Shown in pieces: positions 38,431 through 47,333 of a stretch of 64,000 nucleotides of DNA. The notes under the pieces are model-generated. The model saw only the letters and a list, made by a program, of their open reading frames with translations. It had not been told where the DNA came from and made no database searches. Source of the stretch: an uncultured Bacteroidales bacterium (GTDB taxonomy: Bacteria; Bacteroidota; Bacteroidia; Bacteroidales; Bacteroidaceae). The stretch is from NCBI GenBank assembly GCA_902775385.1, contig CACYMI010000001.1:22442-86441 (forward strand). The letters are read 5' to 3'. Position numbers and translations under genes: made by a program. Position 1 is the first letter of the stretch; each line of letters starts with the position of its first letter.

Positions 38431-39401
38431 TTATCTATTATTATAGGTTTTAGCAATGCGTAGTCGGCGCATGGCAAATCGGTAATCAGCTGACGTGCCA
38501 TATTTATCTCCTGAATAATGCCGAGTGCCGGCTGCGAGCAACCTGCCTGCCGGGCCATCTCCGTTACAAAGTCACGGTCCATGGTCACCTGGTGGCTATG
38601 GGTATTATCAAAGCCGGAAGCCAGCTTCACCGCCTTGCCGATCATAACGCCCAGGGTAACGCGCCCGACCCCTAACCGCTGGGCTGTACGCAGGGCATCC
38701 CCGATAAAGTTGCCATAGTGGATGAATGACTGCGGGGGCAACTGCGGATAATGCTCATGGATGGCCACCTCGCTGCGCTTGCCGCTATTTAGCACTATGC
38801 GTCCGACACCCATTGCCAGGGCCACCTGCATCTCGCGTTCCATGGCATCCACGTATGCCTCGTGACTGAAAGGGTGCACAATGCCCGTGGTACCCAATAT
38901 ACTGATGCCGCCCATCACACCTACCTTGGCATTGAACGTCCGGCGGGCAATCTTCTCGCCACCCGGAACGCTGATGGTTACATCCAGGCCACCCTGGTAG
39001 TATTTGCGCAGGTTCCGGCGCATCATCTGCCGGGGAACAGGATTGATGGCCGGCTCTCCCACTTCCAACCCCAGTCCGGGCAAGGTGACTAGTCCCACGC
39101 CCTCGCCGCCGAAGAAGCGGATATCCTGATGCGTATTATTGAACCGGACCATCGCCTGAATGGTGCATCCGTTAGTGGCATCCGGATCATCCCCGCCGTC
39201 CTTCACTACCGAGGCGACGGCATAGTCCCTGCCAGCCTGAACCTGAGTGACGGGCATTTGGCGAAAGCCATCGCGAGGCAGCTCAAAGCTTACTTGGGCG
39301 GGCTTGTCATTACCCAGCAGCACCCACAACGCCGCAACACTGGCAGCCGTGGCACAGGAGCCTGTGGACAATCCGGTACGGAGATTCTCTTTTTCTGTCA
39401 T
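38361..39401 (-). CDS. cbiD: Cobalt-precorrin-5B (C1)-methyltransferase
   Basis: N-terminal LRTGLSTGSCATAAS, the hallmark of CbiD; 346 aa. Confidence 0.9.
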   Translation of the reverse strand: MTEKENLRTGLSTGSCATAASVAALWVLLGNDKPAQVSFELPRDGFRQMPVTQVQAGRDYAVASVVKDGGDDPDATNGCTIQAMVRFNNTHQDIRFFGGEGVGLVTLPGLGLEVGEPAINPVPRQMMRRNLRKYYQGGLDVTISVPGGEKIARRTFNAKVGVMGGISILGTTGIVHPFSHEAYVDAMEREMQVALAMGVGRIVLNSGKRSEVAIHEHYPQLPPQSFIHYGNFIGDALRTAQRLGVGRVTLGVMIGKAVKLASGFDNTHSHQVTMDRDFVTEMARQAGCSQPALGIIQEINMARQLITDLPCADYALLKPIIIDKCLQTCKRIYTGELEFILLDSLL

Positions 39402-41179
39402 CCCCGGAACAGATGTTTGAAATCATCGGCATAAAGCCTGCTAAGTCCCTGACGGTTACCGATAGCCTCGCCTACAACGAGCATGGTGGTGAGCGTAAGG
39501 TGATGCTGGTGAACCAGCCTGGCAAGGTCCTTAAGTTTGCCGCGGTATATCTTCTGGTCGGGCCAGGTAAGATGATAGCAGGCTGCCACGGGGGTATCCT
39601 CGGGATATTCCCTCAGCAGTTCCCGCTGCACATCATCCACGATGGCGGCGGAAAGGAAGATACACATGGTGCTCTGGCTGCGAGCCAACAGGTGCAGCTG
39701 CTCCTTCTCAGGCATTGGCGTACGCCCTTCACCACGCGTCAGGATAATGGTCTGTGTGCGCTCCGGGATGGTAAACTGACTGCGCAACTCGGCTGCCGCG
39801 GCCAGGAAGCTGCTGATGCCGGGCGTGATGTGGTAAGACATCTGATGGCAGTCGAAGAAGGCCATCTGCTCCTGAATGGCTCCAAAGATGCAGGGGTCGC
39901 CCGTATGCAGGCGCACAATGAGATGTCCCCTGTCATAATGCTCCCTCATCAGGGAACATTGTTCCTCCAGATTCATATCGGCAGATGAACGTACTACCGC
40001 GCCGGGCTTGTGGCATTGGGTCAGGGCCTCAGGGACTAGCGAGCCGGCATAGAGGATAAGGTCGGCTTTCTCCAGCATCCTGCGACCTCGGACACTTATC
40101 AGGTCAGGATCGCCCGGGCCGGCACCTACGATTTCGATAAAGCCCTTCTTCTGACAGGAGGCTGAGGGCAGGTAACGGGAATCGATAGCAAAGGCTGCCG
40201 TCCAGTTCCTCCCCTTTATCTTGGGAACGATAAGCTGCCCGTGATTGGAGCCAAGGATAGCTGCCGCCTCACAGACGCTGGGGGTGCCTACATGCCTCAG
40301 GACGGTATCGCTGGGATGAGGAACCTGAATGGCGGCCAACTCCCCGGCGTTGTAGAATACCACCTCCTTGCCGGTTTCATCCCGGAGCATGGCACAGAAC
40401 TCCTCGTCCTGCTTCACATCAATGGTACAGTACTTGCGGGTGCAAGGGAGAATGCCCTGACCGGCCAGAGCGTCATTGATCTCGTCATAGACAGCTCTGT
40501 AATCATCCGGGTGACGGGACAATCCGAAACCAATGGTGCCGACCATCGGCACAAAGCGCAGTACCAGCATTCCCTCCGGCGCGGAACGCATATAGGGCGA
40601 TACGATAATCAGCAGTCGGAATCTCTGCGGGTCAGCCTGACTGATATCGCTGATGATGGTAACGTGTCCGGGCTTTGTGGCCTCCAGATAGCCGGTCCCC
40701 CTGTCACACACTTCCAGCAACAAGGCGGTGGGCTGACGGTTGACGAATGCGAAGATGCAGCGGTTCTGTTCATCATTATCACTGGCAAGGGACCAGTCAA
40801 AACGCTTCCGGAACGTATCAAGCGCCCAGAGACCGGCTCCGTCACTTTGGGTTGTGATAACCTGATGAGCTCCCAGAATGCCGCTGATGGTCTGCGTCAG
40901 CTCATTGGCACCGCCTATATGTCCGCTAAGGACAGAGATGACATTCTGCCCCAATGAGTCGATGCAGACAACAGCGGGGTCCTGGTGTTTGTCTTGGACA
41001 AACGGGGCAATGGTTCGCACACATATTCCCATAGCGCCGATGAAGACGAAGGCGTCCTGCCTCCCCCATTCAGCGCCTACATCCGCGCGCCGGATAATCT
41101 TAGCGTTCAGCTGGCGCTGTAACGTGGAGGCAATCCGGCTACCGGCCTCACTAATTTGTATAACAGCTATCTTCTGCAT
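39398..41179 (-). CDS. cbiGF: Fused CbiG (cobalt-precorrin-5A hydrolase) / CbiF (cobalt-precorrin-4 C11-methyltransferase)
   Basis: Start chosen at MQKIAVIQISEAG (CbiG N-terminus); the upstream 95 codons of the track ORF overlap cbiET. The C-terminal half carries VGAGPGDPDLISVRGRRMLEKADLILYAGSLV, which is the CbiF/CobM signature. Confidence 0.85.
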   Translation of the reverse strand: MQKIAVIQISEAGSRIASTLQRQLNAKIIRRADVGAEWGRQDAFVFIGAMGICVRTIAPFVQDKHQDPAVVCIDSLGQNVISVLSGHIGGANELTQTISGILGAHQVITTQSDGAGLWALDTFRKRFDWSLASDNDEQNRCIFAFVNRQPTALLLEVCDRGTGYLEATKPGHVTIISDISQADPQRFRLLIIVSPYMRSAPEGMLVLRFVPMVGTIGFGLSRHPDDYRAVYDEINDALAGQGILPCTRKYCTIDVKQDEEFCAMLRDETGKEVVFYNAGELAAIQVPHPSDTVLRHVGTPSVCEAAAILGSNHGQLIVPKIKGRNWTAAFAIDSRYLPSASCQKKGFIEIVGAGPGDPDLISVRGRRMLEKADLILYAGSLVPEALTQCHKPGAVVRSSADMNLEEQCSLMREHYDRGHLIVRLHTGDPCIFGAIQEQMAFFDCHQMSYHITPGISSFLAAAAELRSQFTIPERTQTIILTRGEGRTPMPEKEQLHLLARSQSTMCIFLSAAIVDDVQRELLREYPEDTPVAACYHLTWPDQKIYRGKLKDLARLVHQHHLTLTTMLVVGEAIGNRQGLSRLYADDFKHLFRG

Positions 41180-42390
41180 CGTAATATCGTTATCGGATGA
41201 TGATTGTCGAGTTGTATTCTGGTGGGTGTTTCCTGCTTCAGGCCCAATTCGGCACATGCCTGGTCCCATAGCTGACGGCTGTCGGTAGTAACCCGTGGCG
41301 CGACAACACTGTTCATGACTATCATGCCGCCTGGGGCCAAGACGGTAAGCACCCTCCGCATCATGTCCCTCAGCCTGCCGCCATGCCCTCCTATGAAGAC
41401 GGCGTCGGGAGGCCTCATCCCTGCTTTCTCGTCCATAGGAAGGGGTATTTCCAGGAAATCGCACATATGGACATGGATGCCGGGGGCACCGAAGCGACGG
41501 GCATTCCGGCGGATGATGGCCTCACATTCAGGACGGACCTCGAAAGCCTCTATCTGAAGATGGGGAAATTGCAGCCTGGCCTCGATGCTGACGCTACCCG
41601 TACAGAAACCGATGTCCCAGAATACATGCCTGTTACGCAGCTCCAAGGCCTGAAGGGTCAGAAGGCGGATGGGCATCTTGGTTATCATCTTCTGGCGGTC
41701 ATCAAGCAGGGCGAACTGCGAATCGGGGATGCCGAAGGGCAGCTGCCTCACACCGGTTTGCCGCAGGATGACGCAGTTAGGGTTGGCATAATCCGTTCCG
41801 GCATCATACGGTCCCACACGTTCCAGCGTATCGTTGCCCAGATTCTCCCCAACGGTCATCATATAGTTGTCATAGCCGTATTCCGCCATATGCTGACGGA
41901 TGCTATGAGGCGTCTTATTCCTGTCCGTAAGACAGCCTATGAGCGGATAGCCGCAAATCAGTGCCCGGTCCAACTGGTCCCAAGGCCGTCCGGTAAGAGA
42001 TACCACATGCATGTCCTGATAGGCGATCCTCATTCGGTGAGCCAGCATCTGCAGGGAATTAAACGCGGGGAAGACCTGCAACTCTGCCTCGGGAAATTCC
42101 CGTTGCAACGTATTGGCAAAACCATAGAACAGGGGATCGCCCGAGGCGAAGACTATATAAGTGCCGGTCCCTCCCTCAAAGAGAGACGGGTTCCGATATT
42201 TCCCGAAGACATCGGAGAGAGGAACTGTGATATCAATCCATTGGGCCTCCCGGGGCAGGAAAGGCGCCACTATTCCGTAATGACGCTTGCCGCCCGAGAA
42301 GACCTTTCCCTCCCTGATTACCGAGAGTACCTCGGGAGAGAAGAAAGGCTTACGACTGTCTGTAATACCTATAACGATGAATCTCATCAA
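41167..42390 (-). CDS. cbiET: Fused CbiE/CbiT, cobalt-precorrin-6B/7 C5,C15-methyltransferase (decarboxylating)
   Basis: CbiE motif IVFASGDPLFYGF. The C-terminal SAM-binding motif is VFWDIGFCTGSVSIE (CbiT). Confidence 0.85.
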   Translation of the reverse strand: MMRFIVIGITDSRKPFFSPEVLSVIREGKVFSGGKRHYGIVAPFLPREAQWIDITVPLSDVFGKYRNPSLFEGGTGTYIVFASGDPLFYGFANTLQREFPEAELQVFPAFNSLQMLAHRMRIAYQDMHVVSLTGRPWDQLDRALICGYPLIGCLTDRNKTPHSIRQHMAEYGYDNYMMTVGENLGNDTLERVGPYDAGTDYANPNCVILRQTGVRQLPFGIPDSQFALLDDRQKMITKMPIRLLTLQALELRNRHVFWDIGFCTGSVSIEARLQFPHLQIEAFEVRPECEAIIRRNARRFGAPGIHVHMCDFLEIPLPMDEKAGMRPPDAVFIGGHGGRLRDMMRRVLTVLAPGGMIVMNSVVAPRVTTDSRQLWDQACAELGLKQETPTRIQLDNHHPITILRCRR

Positions 42391-42430
42391 CTTTCAATAA
42401 ACTCCTTGGTTCTATAGCTTTTTCAATGCC

Positions 42431-43822
42431 TCAAAGGTCTCTGCCCGGCCTGAGCTGCTTCGCATCATCGTAGGTAAGTATGGCGTTGCAGAGTGTCGCG
42501 GCCAGGTTACTGCCCCCTTTTCGTCCCTCGACAATGATTTTAGGAATCCCCGTCAGCGTTTTGACGGCATGTTTGCTCTCACATACATGAACGAAACCCA
42601 CCGGAGCGGCTATGATGCCGGCAGGCCGCATCTTGCCCTTGCGGGTAAGGTCGCAAATCTCAAAGAGGGCGGTAGGCGCGTTACCCACGGCATAGAGCGC
42701 CTGGGGATACTCCTCTGCTGCCAGCAGCATACATGCCTGACTGCGGGTAATACCCTTCTGCTGAGCCATTTCCTGGGCCTGGGGGTCGCTGATATAGCAA
42801 TGCACCTCTATGCCCAGGCGCTCCAGGGCCCCTTTACGAATGCCGCTGGCAACCATCGTCACATCGGTTACGATATGGCGCAAGGTGCCGTCCTTAACCT
42901 TGTTGTATATGATTTCCGTGGCACGCTCGTCCATCCACAGACAGTCCTCCATCCCGAAGTCCACGGTGGTATGAATGGCGTGCAGCAAGGGCCAGAGGCG
43001 CCAGGCGGGCACATCAGGACGCTTCATCTCGGAAAGAATGGTGCGGAACGACTGACTCATGATGGCACATCCCGGACTACCCTCCGCAGGGAGGGTAGCG
43101 CCGGCATAGTAGCCTCTGGGAGTAATGAACTTGCCATGGGAAATGAAACTCTGGCTGTTACCGATCAGCACGATGGTAAACATATCCGTATCCTCGGGGT
43201 CGAAATCAGCCAATGTGGTCAGCTTTACCTCCTGCTCAGGTCTTCCGGCCTGACGGACATAGCCTACGGGAGTGGTGCCTGACCGCTGTTGCAGGAAAAG
43301 CTCCCTCAGCCGATGCAACTGCCAATACCGACCTTGACTCTTAGGGTTATAGACTGCCGTGACAAAGTCGGCAACGGCCGCTGCCTGAATACGTTTCTCT
43401 ATCAGTTGCCACGGAGTCATAAGGTCGCTTAGGGAAATGATACACATATCATGCCCTAAGGGTGCGCCCAGCAGGGATGCGGCCTTCTGGAAAGCGCTGA
43501 TGCCGGGAAGCACCTGCACATCCGCTGCAGGCTCCGTCTCCAGGATAAGGGGCGCCATTCCGTAGATTCCCGCATCGCCGCTGCTGATAACGCAGACCGT
43601 CTTTCCCTCTTTGGCAAGGGCTACGGCCTCTTCGGCACGCTGACGTTCCTGACGCATACCGCTGTCTATGCACGCTGTTCCTGGCGTAAGATACGGTTCA
43701 ATAAACCTGAAATAGTATTTGTACCCTACTATCACATCGCTCTGGCGCACTGCCTCCAGAACCGCGGGGGTAATATCCTCAGGACTACCCGGACCTATAC
43801 CGACGACAAATATCCTCTTCAT
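42431..43822 (-). CDS. cbiHC: Fused CbiH (cobalt-precorrin-3B C17-methyltransferase) / CbiC (cobalt-precorrin-8 methylmutase)
   Basis: The N-terminal half has VVGIGPGSPEDITPAVLEAVRQSDVIVGYKYY and ISSGDAGIYGMA (CbiH/CobJ type). The C-terminal half has YAVGNAPTALFE and IIAAPVGFVHV (CbiC/CobH type). Confidence 0.78.
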   Translation of the reverse strand: MKRIFVVGIGPGSPEDITPAVLEAVRQSDVIVGYKYYFRFIEPYLTPGTACIDSGMRQERQRAEEAVALAKEGKTVCVISSGDAGIYGMAPLILETEPAADVQVLPGISAFQKAASLLGAPLGHDMCIISLSDLMTPWQLIEKRIQAAAVADFVTAVYNPKSQGRYWQLHRLRELFLQQRSGTTPVGYVRQAGRPEQEVKLTTLADFDPEDTDMFTIVLIGNSQSFISHGKFITPRGYYAGATLPAEGSPGCAIMSQSFRTILSEMKRPDVPAWRLWPLLHAIHTTVDFGMEDCLWMDERATEIIYNKVKDGTLRHIVTDVTMVASGIRKGALERLGIEVHCYISDPQAQEMAQQKGITRSQACMLLAAEEYPQALYAVGNAPTALFEICDLTRKGKMRPAGIIAAPVGFVHVCESKHAVKTLTGIPKIIVEGRKGGSNLAATLCNAILTYDDAKQLRPGRDL

Positions 43823-43844
43823 GGCACAAAAGTGGTAATTATTT

Positions 43845-43936
43845 ATTTAAGTTTCGGAAACTGTGCTTCCTATTAGGGGCAAGGGGCGAGGGACAAGGAG
43901 CAAGAGGATAGTTATACACTTGCACTCTCCTTATCC
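43845..43936 (+). repeat. Copy b of the ~90-bp intergenic repeat family, inside the cbi operon
   Basis: Aligns with 34759-34845. It carries four heptamers (GGGGCAA GGGGCGA GGGACAA GGAGCAA) where copy a has three. Confidence 0.9.
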
Positions 43937-43944
43937 GTCAACCC

Positions 43945-43972
43945 CACTTTTATCTTTTCACTTTTATCTTTT
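43945..43972. repeat. Tandem 14-mer CACTTTTATCTTTT x2
   Basis: Perfect tandem duplication between the cbiK-like stop and repeat copy b. Confidence 0.85.
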
Positions 43973-43983
43973 CTCTCAATATA

Positions 43984-45111
43984 TTATTCCTCGGGATACA
44001 TGCTATGGTAAGCGTCCTCCAGGAACTGAGCATTCCGGGTGTGCTGAATCCAGACATTCAGGATGCCGGGAAGCTCGAGCAGGCCCAGAGGGTGTTTGCC
44101 CACAACAGGCACATTTACATCATAGCCCTTGTGACCGAAATACTCATACCAGCTGTTATCCTCGGACTCCTCGTCCTCAGAATCCCAGTATTCCTCGCCT
44201 TCACCGGCCATATCGTTATGAGCGTGGTCTCCGGCAATGGACATCAGGGCGTGCAAGTAAACCTTGCCGGAGGTCTTTCCATTATCCGTCATACGGGAAT
44301 AGACATCCTGCTTGTAATTGTCAGGCATGTCAACGGTTCCCACATAGAAATTGGGATTGAGTGTCTGCAAGGCTTCCTCCAACTGAGTATAACGGGCATT
44401 AGCCTTGAAGGTGTCATAGGTATCGGGGTTACCGTGTCCCATGAAAGCCACGACACCCTGCTGAGCCTCAGTATTGTAAAGGGTATTAAGCTGCCTGGCC
44501 ACCTCGGGAACATCTGTCTCCGGGTCGTTCAGCAAGGGCATACCCAGGAAGATTGCCTCGTCCTGCTGCAATTTGGCCAGATAATCATCGTCAAGGTGAG
44601 CGCCGCTGATATAACCGTTGTTCATGAACTTCTTGACACTGGCAACTACGGCAGCGAACTCCTCACCGGGAATAACCTGCAGCGACTGAACGTAAATCTT
44701 GCTATACTGGGCAGCACCGATGGCATGCAACAGGTAACGGGGCTCGTAGTAGTCACGGCTGACGATTTTGCCATTGTCATCAGTATTCTCACCGACTCTG
44801 GCACGGTTGATACAGATATCGCTGGAGAAGGAAATATAAACATCCGCATTGGGGAAAGCCTCCTCGTAGGCAACCTTTGTCCTGTCGAAAGCCAGGAAGG
44901 CATTGTTCCATGTTGAGCCGAAGGCAACCAGCAGGATGGCTTCGTCCTTCCCGGACTTTGCCTTCTGGGCGGCAACCAGCTTGTCGTTATAACTGTACTC
45001 GGAAATCAGGTTCTCGGGATCGTTTGCGTCGTCACTACTACATGAAGTGAACACAGAGGCTGTCAGGCAAACTGCCATGGCAGCAAGAAGCGTAAATTTA
45101 ATCTTCTTCAT
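43984..45111 (-). CDS. cbiK: CbiK-family chelatase-fold lipoprotein (exported; IhtB-like)
   Basis: Lipoprotein signal (LTASVFTSCSSDD). CbiK motifs AILLVAFGSTW, AFMGHGNP and MSIAGDHAHNDMAG. Acidic insertion GEGEEYWDSEDEESEDNSW. Confidence 0.8.
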   Translation of the reverse strand: MKKIKFTLLAAMAVCLTASVFTSCSSDDANDPENLISEYSYNDKLVAAQKAKSGKDEAILLVAFGSTWNNAFLAFDRTKVAYEEAFPNADVYISFSSDICINRARVGENTDDNGKIVSRDYYEPRYLLHAIGAAQYSKIYVQSLQVIPGEEFAAVVASVKKFMNNGYISGAHLDDDYLAKLQQDEAIFLGMPLLNDPETDVPEVARQLNTLYNTEAQQGVVAFMGHGNPDTYDTFKANARYTQLEEALQTLNPNFYVGTVDMPDNYKQDVYSRMTDNGKTSGKVYLHALMSIAGDHAHNDMAGEGEEYWDSEDEESEDNSWYEYFGHKGYDVNVPVVGKHPLGLLELPGILNVWIQHTRNAQFLEDAYHSMYPEE

Positions 45112-47317
45112 TGTTGGTTTGTTGTTTAGTTGATATAATATTGTTTTTAACTCTCTTTCCGTAATTGAATTTTATACCCAGAGTTCCGTAAACCGTTGTA
45201 CCTGGCGTATTGCTTCCCAAGTGATAGGGATGCATGGTACGGTCAACGTAATTAAAGATATTGTCAACGCCCAGCTCTACCCTATAGGCCAGCATTTTGC
45301 CGGGCCTTCCGAAATCATGCGTGGTATTGACTCGCCAAAGCTGGAAGGGCTTTCCGTTCTTGTTGTTCTGATAGAAACGGGTGCCGCTGCCACGGGTGGA
45401 AAGGTTGACTCCCAATTTATACCAGGAGCAGAACGGGTGGCTGTACACAACGGAAGCGCTCCACTTATGACGGGCCGTTCCGTCGATGGTTACGGAGCTC
45501 ATCCTGTCCTTGGAGGCATCATACAGATTGGCCTCGGTGTTCAGCCAGCTGTAAGCCGAGGTGAGCATCAGGTCCTTGAGCAGCTGATAAGAAAGGCTTA
45601 TATCGATGCCGTAGGTTCTAGCGTCATCCATATTCTTATACATACGGGCCTGAACATTCGTACTGCCATCGCCCAGGTAGGCTGTGGTAATGCCTGCGGG
45701 AATCTCGCCGACAGGCACATTCACCAGGGCTATCATATTATCCAATTTATTCAGATATCCTGTAACGGCTACTGTGAACTTGCGCCCGCGATACTCTATA
45801 TTGGCCGAATAGTAATTACTAGTCTGGGGATTCAGGTCTGTGTTACCGATATTGAAGAATGTGCTGCTGCCCATCACATGCAGGTAACGGTAATGCAACT
45901 CCTTGACCGTGGGGGTCTTGAATCCCTGACTCCACCCCAGCCTGAAGCGGAAATCGCCGGCGGAAAACATGGCGCTGACCTTGGGGGTCAGGCGGAGGCC
46001 GAAATTGCGGTTACCCACCAGACGGAGGCCAGCAGTCAGGTTGAGCCATCCCAGACGGTCGAACTCATCCTGCACATACAAGGCCGAGGTCCAGTCACCG
46101 GCCGACCCGTTCTCTGTACGGTCGGGGGCATTCAGATAATCATACCGGTACTCCAGACCTGCGTTCAGGGTATTCTGGCAGGGCAGATAGAAAATGCCCT
46201 TGGCCTGAGCCATGAGGCGCTGCTGATCGCTCTGCAGCTTGCTCTGTCCGGGTCTCATCAGCACAGGATACCATTCTCCGTCCAGGGGGCCGTACTCCTC
46301 ACCTTTCAGCAGAACAGTCTCGTAGGTACGGGCCGTATAGTCGTAGTAGTAGGCATGCTTGTTCCAGTCAACATCCAACTGCAAGCAGTTCCTGCCGCCG
46401 CCAGATTTCCCGCTTTCCGCCTTTACTCCGTCACCGGACAGATACCACTTGCCGCCTACTGATGCCGAGGCATTATTGTAACGGAGGTCGTAGGTATAGA
46501 CATCACAGCTGGGATGCCTTCCGTTTTGGGGGCGGCAGATATTCTTTCTGTAATACGATCCCCCGGCATACAGCTCAAGGTCCCGCGTAGGCTGATAGGT
46601 AAAGTGTTCTGTCAGCTGCCAGTTACGGAACATATTCACCGTCTTGTTCCGGCTGTCGGTAAGCACCATCCCCTCGGCATATTCCTCGGAGGTATTCTGC
46701 CAGCCATCGTTGCGCTGCAACTGGAAGTTGGTGTGACTGCCGAATTTTCCGATATTAAAAGCCAGGGTATTATGCTGCCGGAGGTCGTTATGCATGCCGT
46801 AGCGTGTGCTGTTGTCGGCATAAACGCCTTTCCCGGTATGCTTCCTGGTGATAATATTGATGACGCCTGCCATGGCATCGCTGCCATAGAGGGCACTCTG
46901 GCCACCCTTCACTATCTCTATACGCTCTATGTTCTGCGGGTCTATCACCCCCAGATCATTCTCGCCTCCCACATCGCCATGCAGGCGCTTGCCGTCCACC
47001 AGTACCAGAATATAGGAATTACCCAGACCGCCCAACTGCATCTGGCTACCCATATCACCCTCGTTGAAGGCAAAGGAGGCTGTGAGGGAACCCAGAATCT
47101 CCTCGACACTCTTGCCGCTGAAGCTATCCAGCATCTTACGGCTGATAACCTCGGTCTGCACTGGCACATCCTTCAGGGTATGCTGCGTACCCGTAGCGGT
47201 AACAACCATTTCCCTCAGGCTTGTCACCTTTCCGTCGGTCTGTGCCAGCACACATTGCGCATGAGGCAATAGACATAGAAGAGGGATCAAATATAAGGTT
47301 ATACGTTTCATATCCAT
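45098..47317 (-). CDS. TonB-dependent receptor (BtuB/IhtA-like)
   Basis: Signal peptide, then the plug motif IERIEIVKGGQSALYGSDAMAGVINIITR. 739 aa. It overlaps the cbiK-like start by 14 nt. Confidence 0.9.
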   Translation of the reverse strand: MDMKRITLYLIPLLCLLPHAQCVLAQTDGKVTSLREMVVTATGTQHTLKDVPVQTEVISRKMLDSFSGKSVEEILGSLTASFAFNEGDMGSQMQLGGLGNSYILVLVDGKRLHGDVGGENDLGVIDPQNIERIEIVKGGQSALYGSDAMAGVINIITRKHTGKGVYADNSTRYGMHNDLRQHNTLAFNIGKFGSHTNFQLQRNDGWQNTSEEYAEGMVLTDSRNKTVNMFRNWQLTEHFTYQPTRDLELYAGGSYYRKNICRPQNGRHPSCDVYTYDLRYNNASASVGGKWYLSGDGVKAESGKSGGGRNCLQLDVDWNKHAYYYDYTARTYETVLLKGEEYGPLDGEWYPVLMRPGQSKLQSDQQRLMAQAKGIFYLPCQNTLNAGLEYRYDYLNAPDRTENGSAGDWTSALYVQDEFDRLGWLNLTAGLRLVGNRNFGLRLTPKVSAMFSAGDFRFRLGWSQGFKTPTVKELHYRYLHVMGSSTFFNIGNTDLNPQTSNYYSANIEYRGRKFTVAVTGYLNKLDNMIALVNVPVGEIPAGITTAYLGDGSTNVQARMYKNMDDARTYGIDISLSYQLLKDLMLTSAYSWLNTEANLYDASKDRMSSVTIDGTARHKWSASVVYSHPFCSWYKLGVNLSTRGSGTRFYQNNKNGKPFQLWRVNTTHDFGRPGKMLAYRVELGVDNIFNYVDRTMHPYHLGSNTPGTTVYGTLGIKFNYGKRVKNNIISTKQQTNNEED

Positions 47318-47333
47318 GCGAAAAAAAGTCCGG

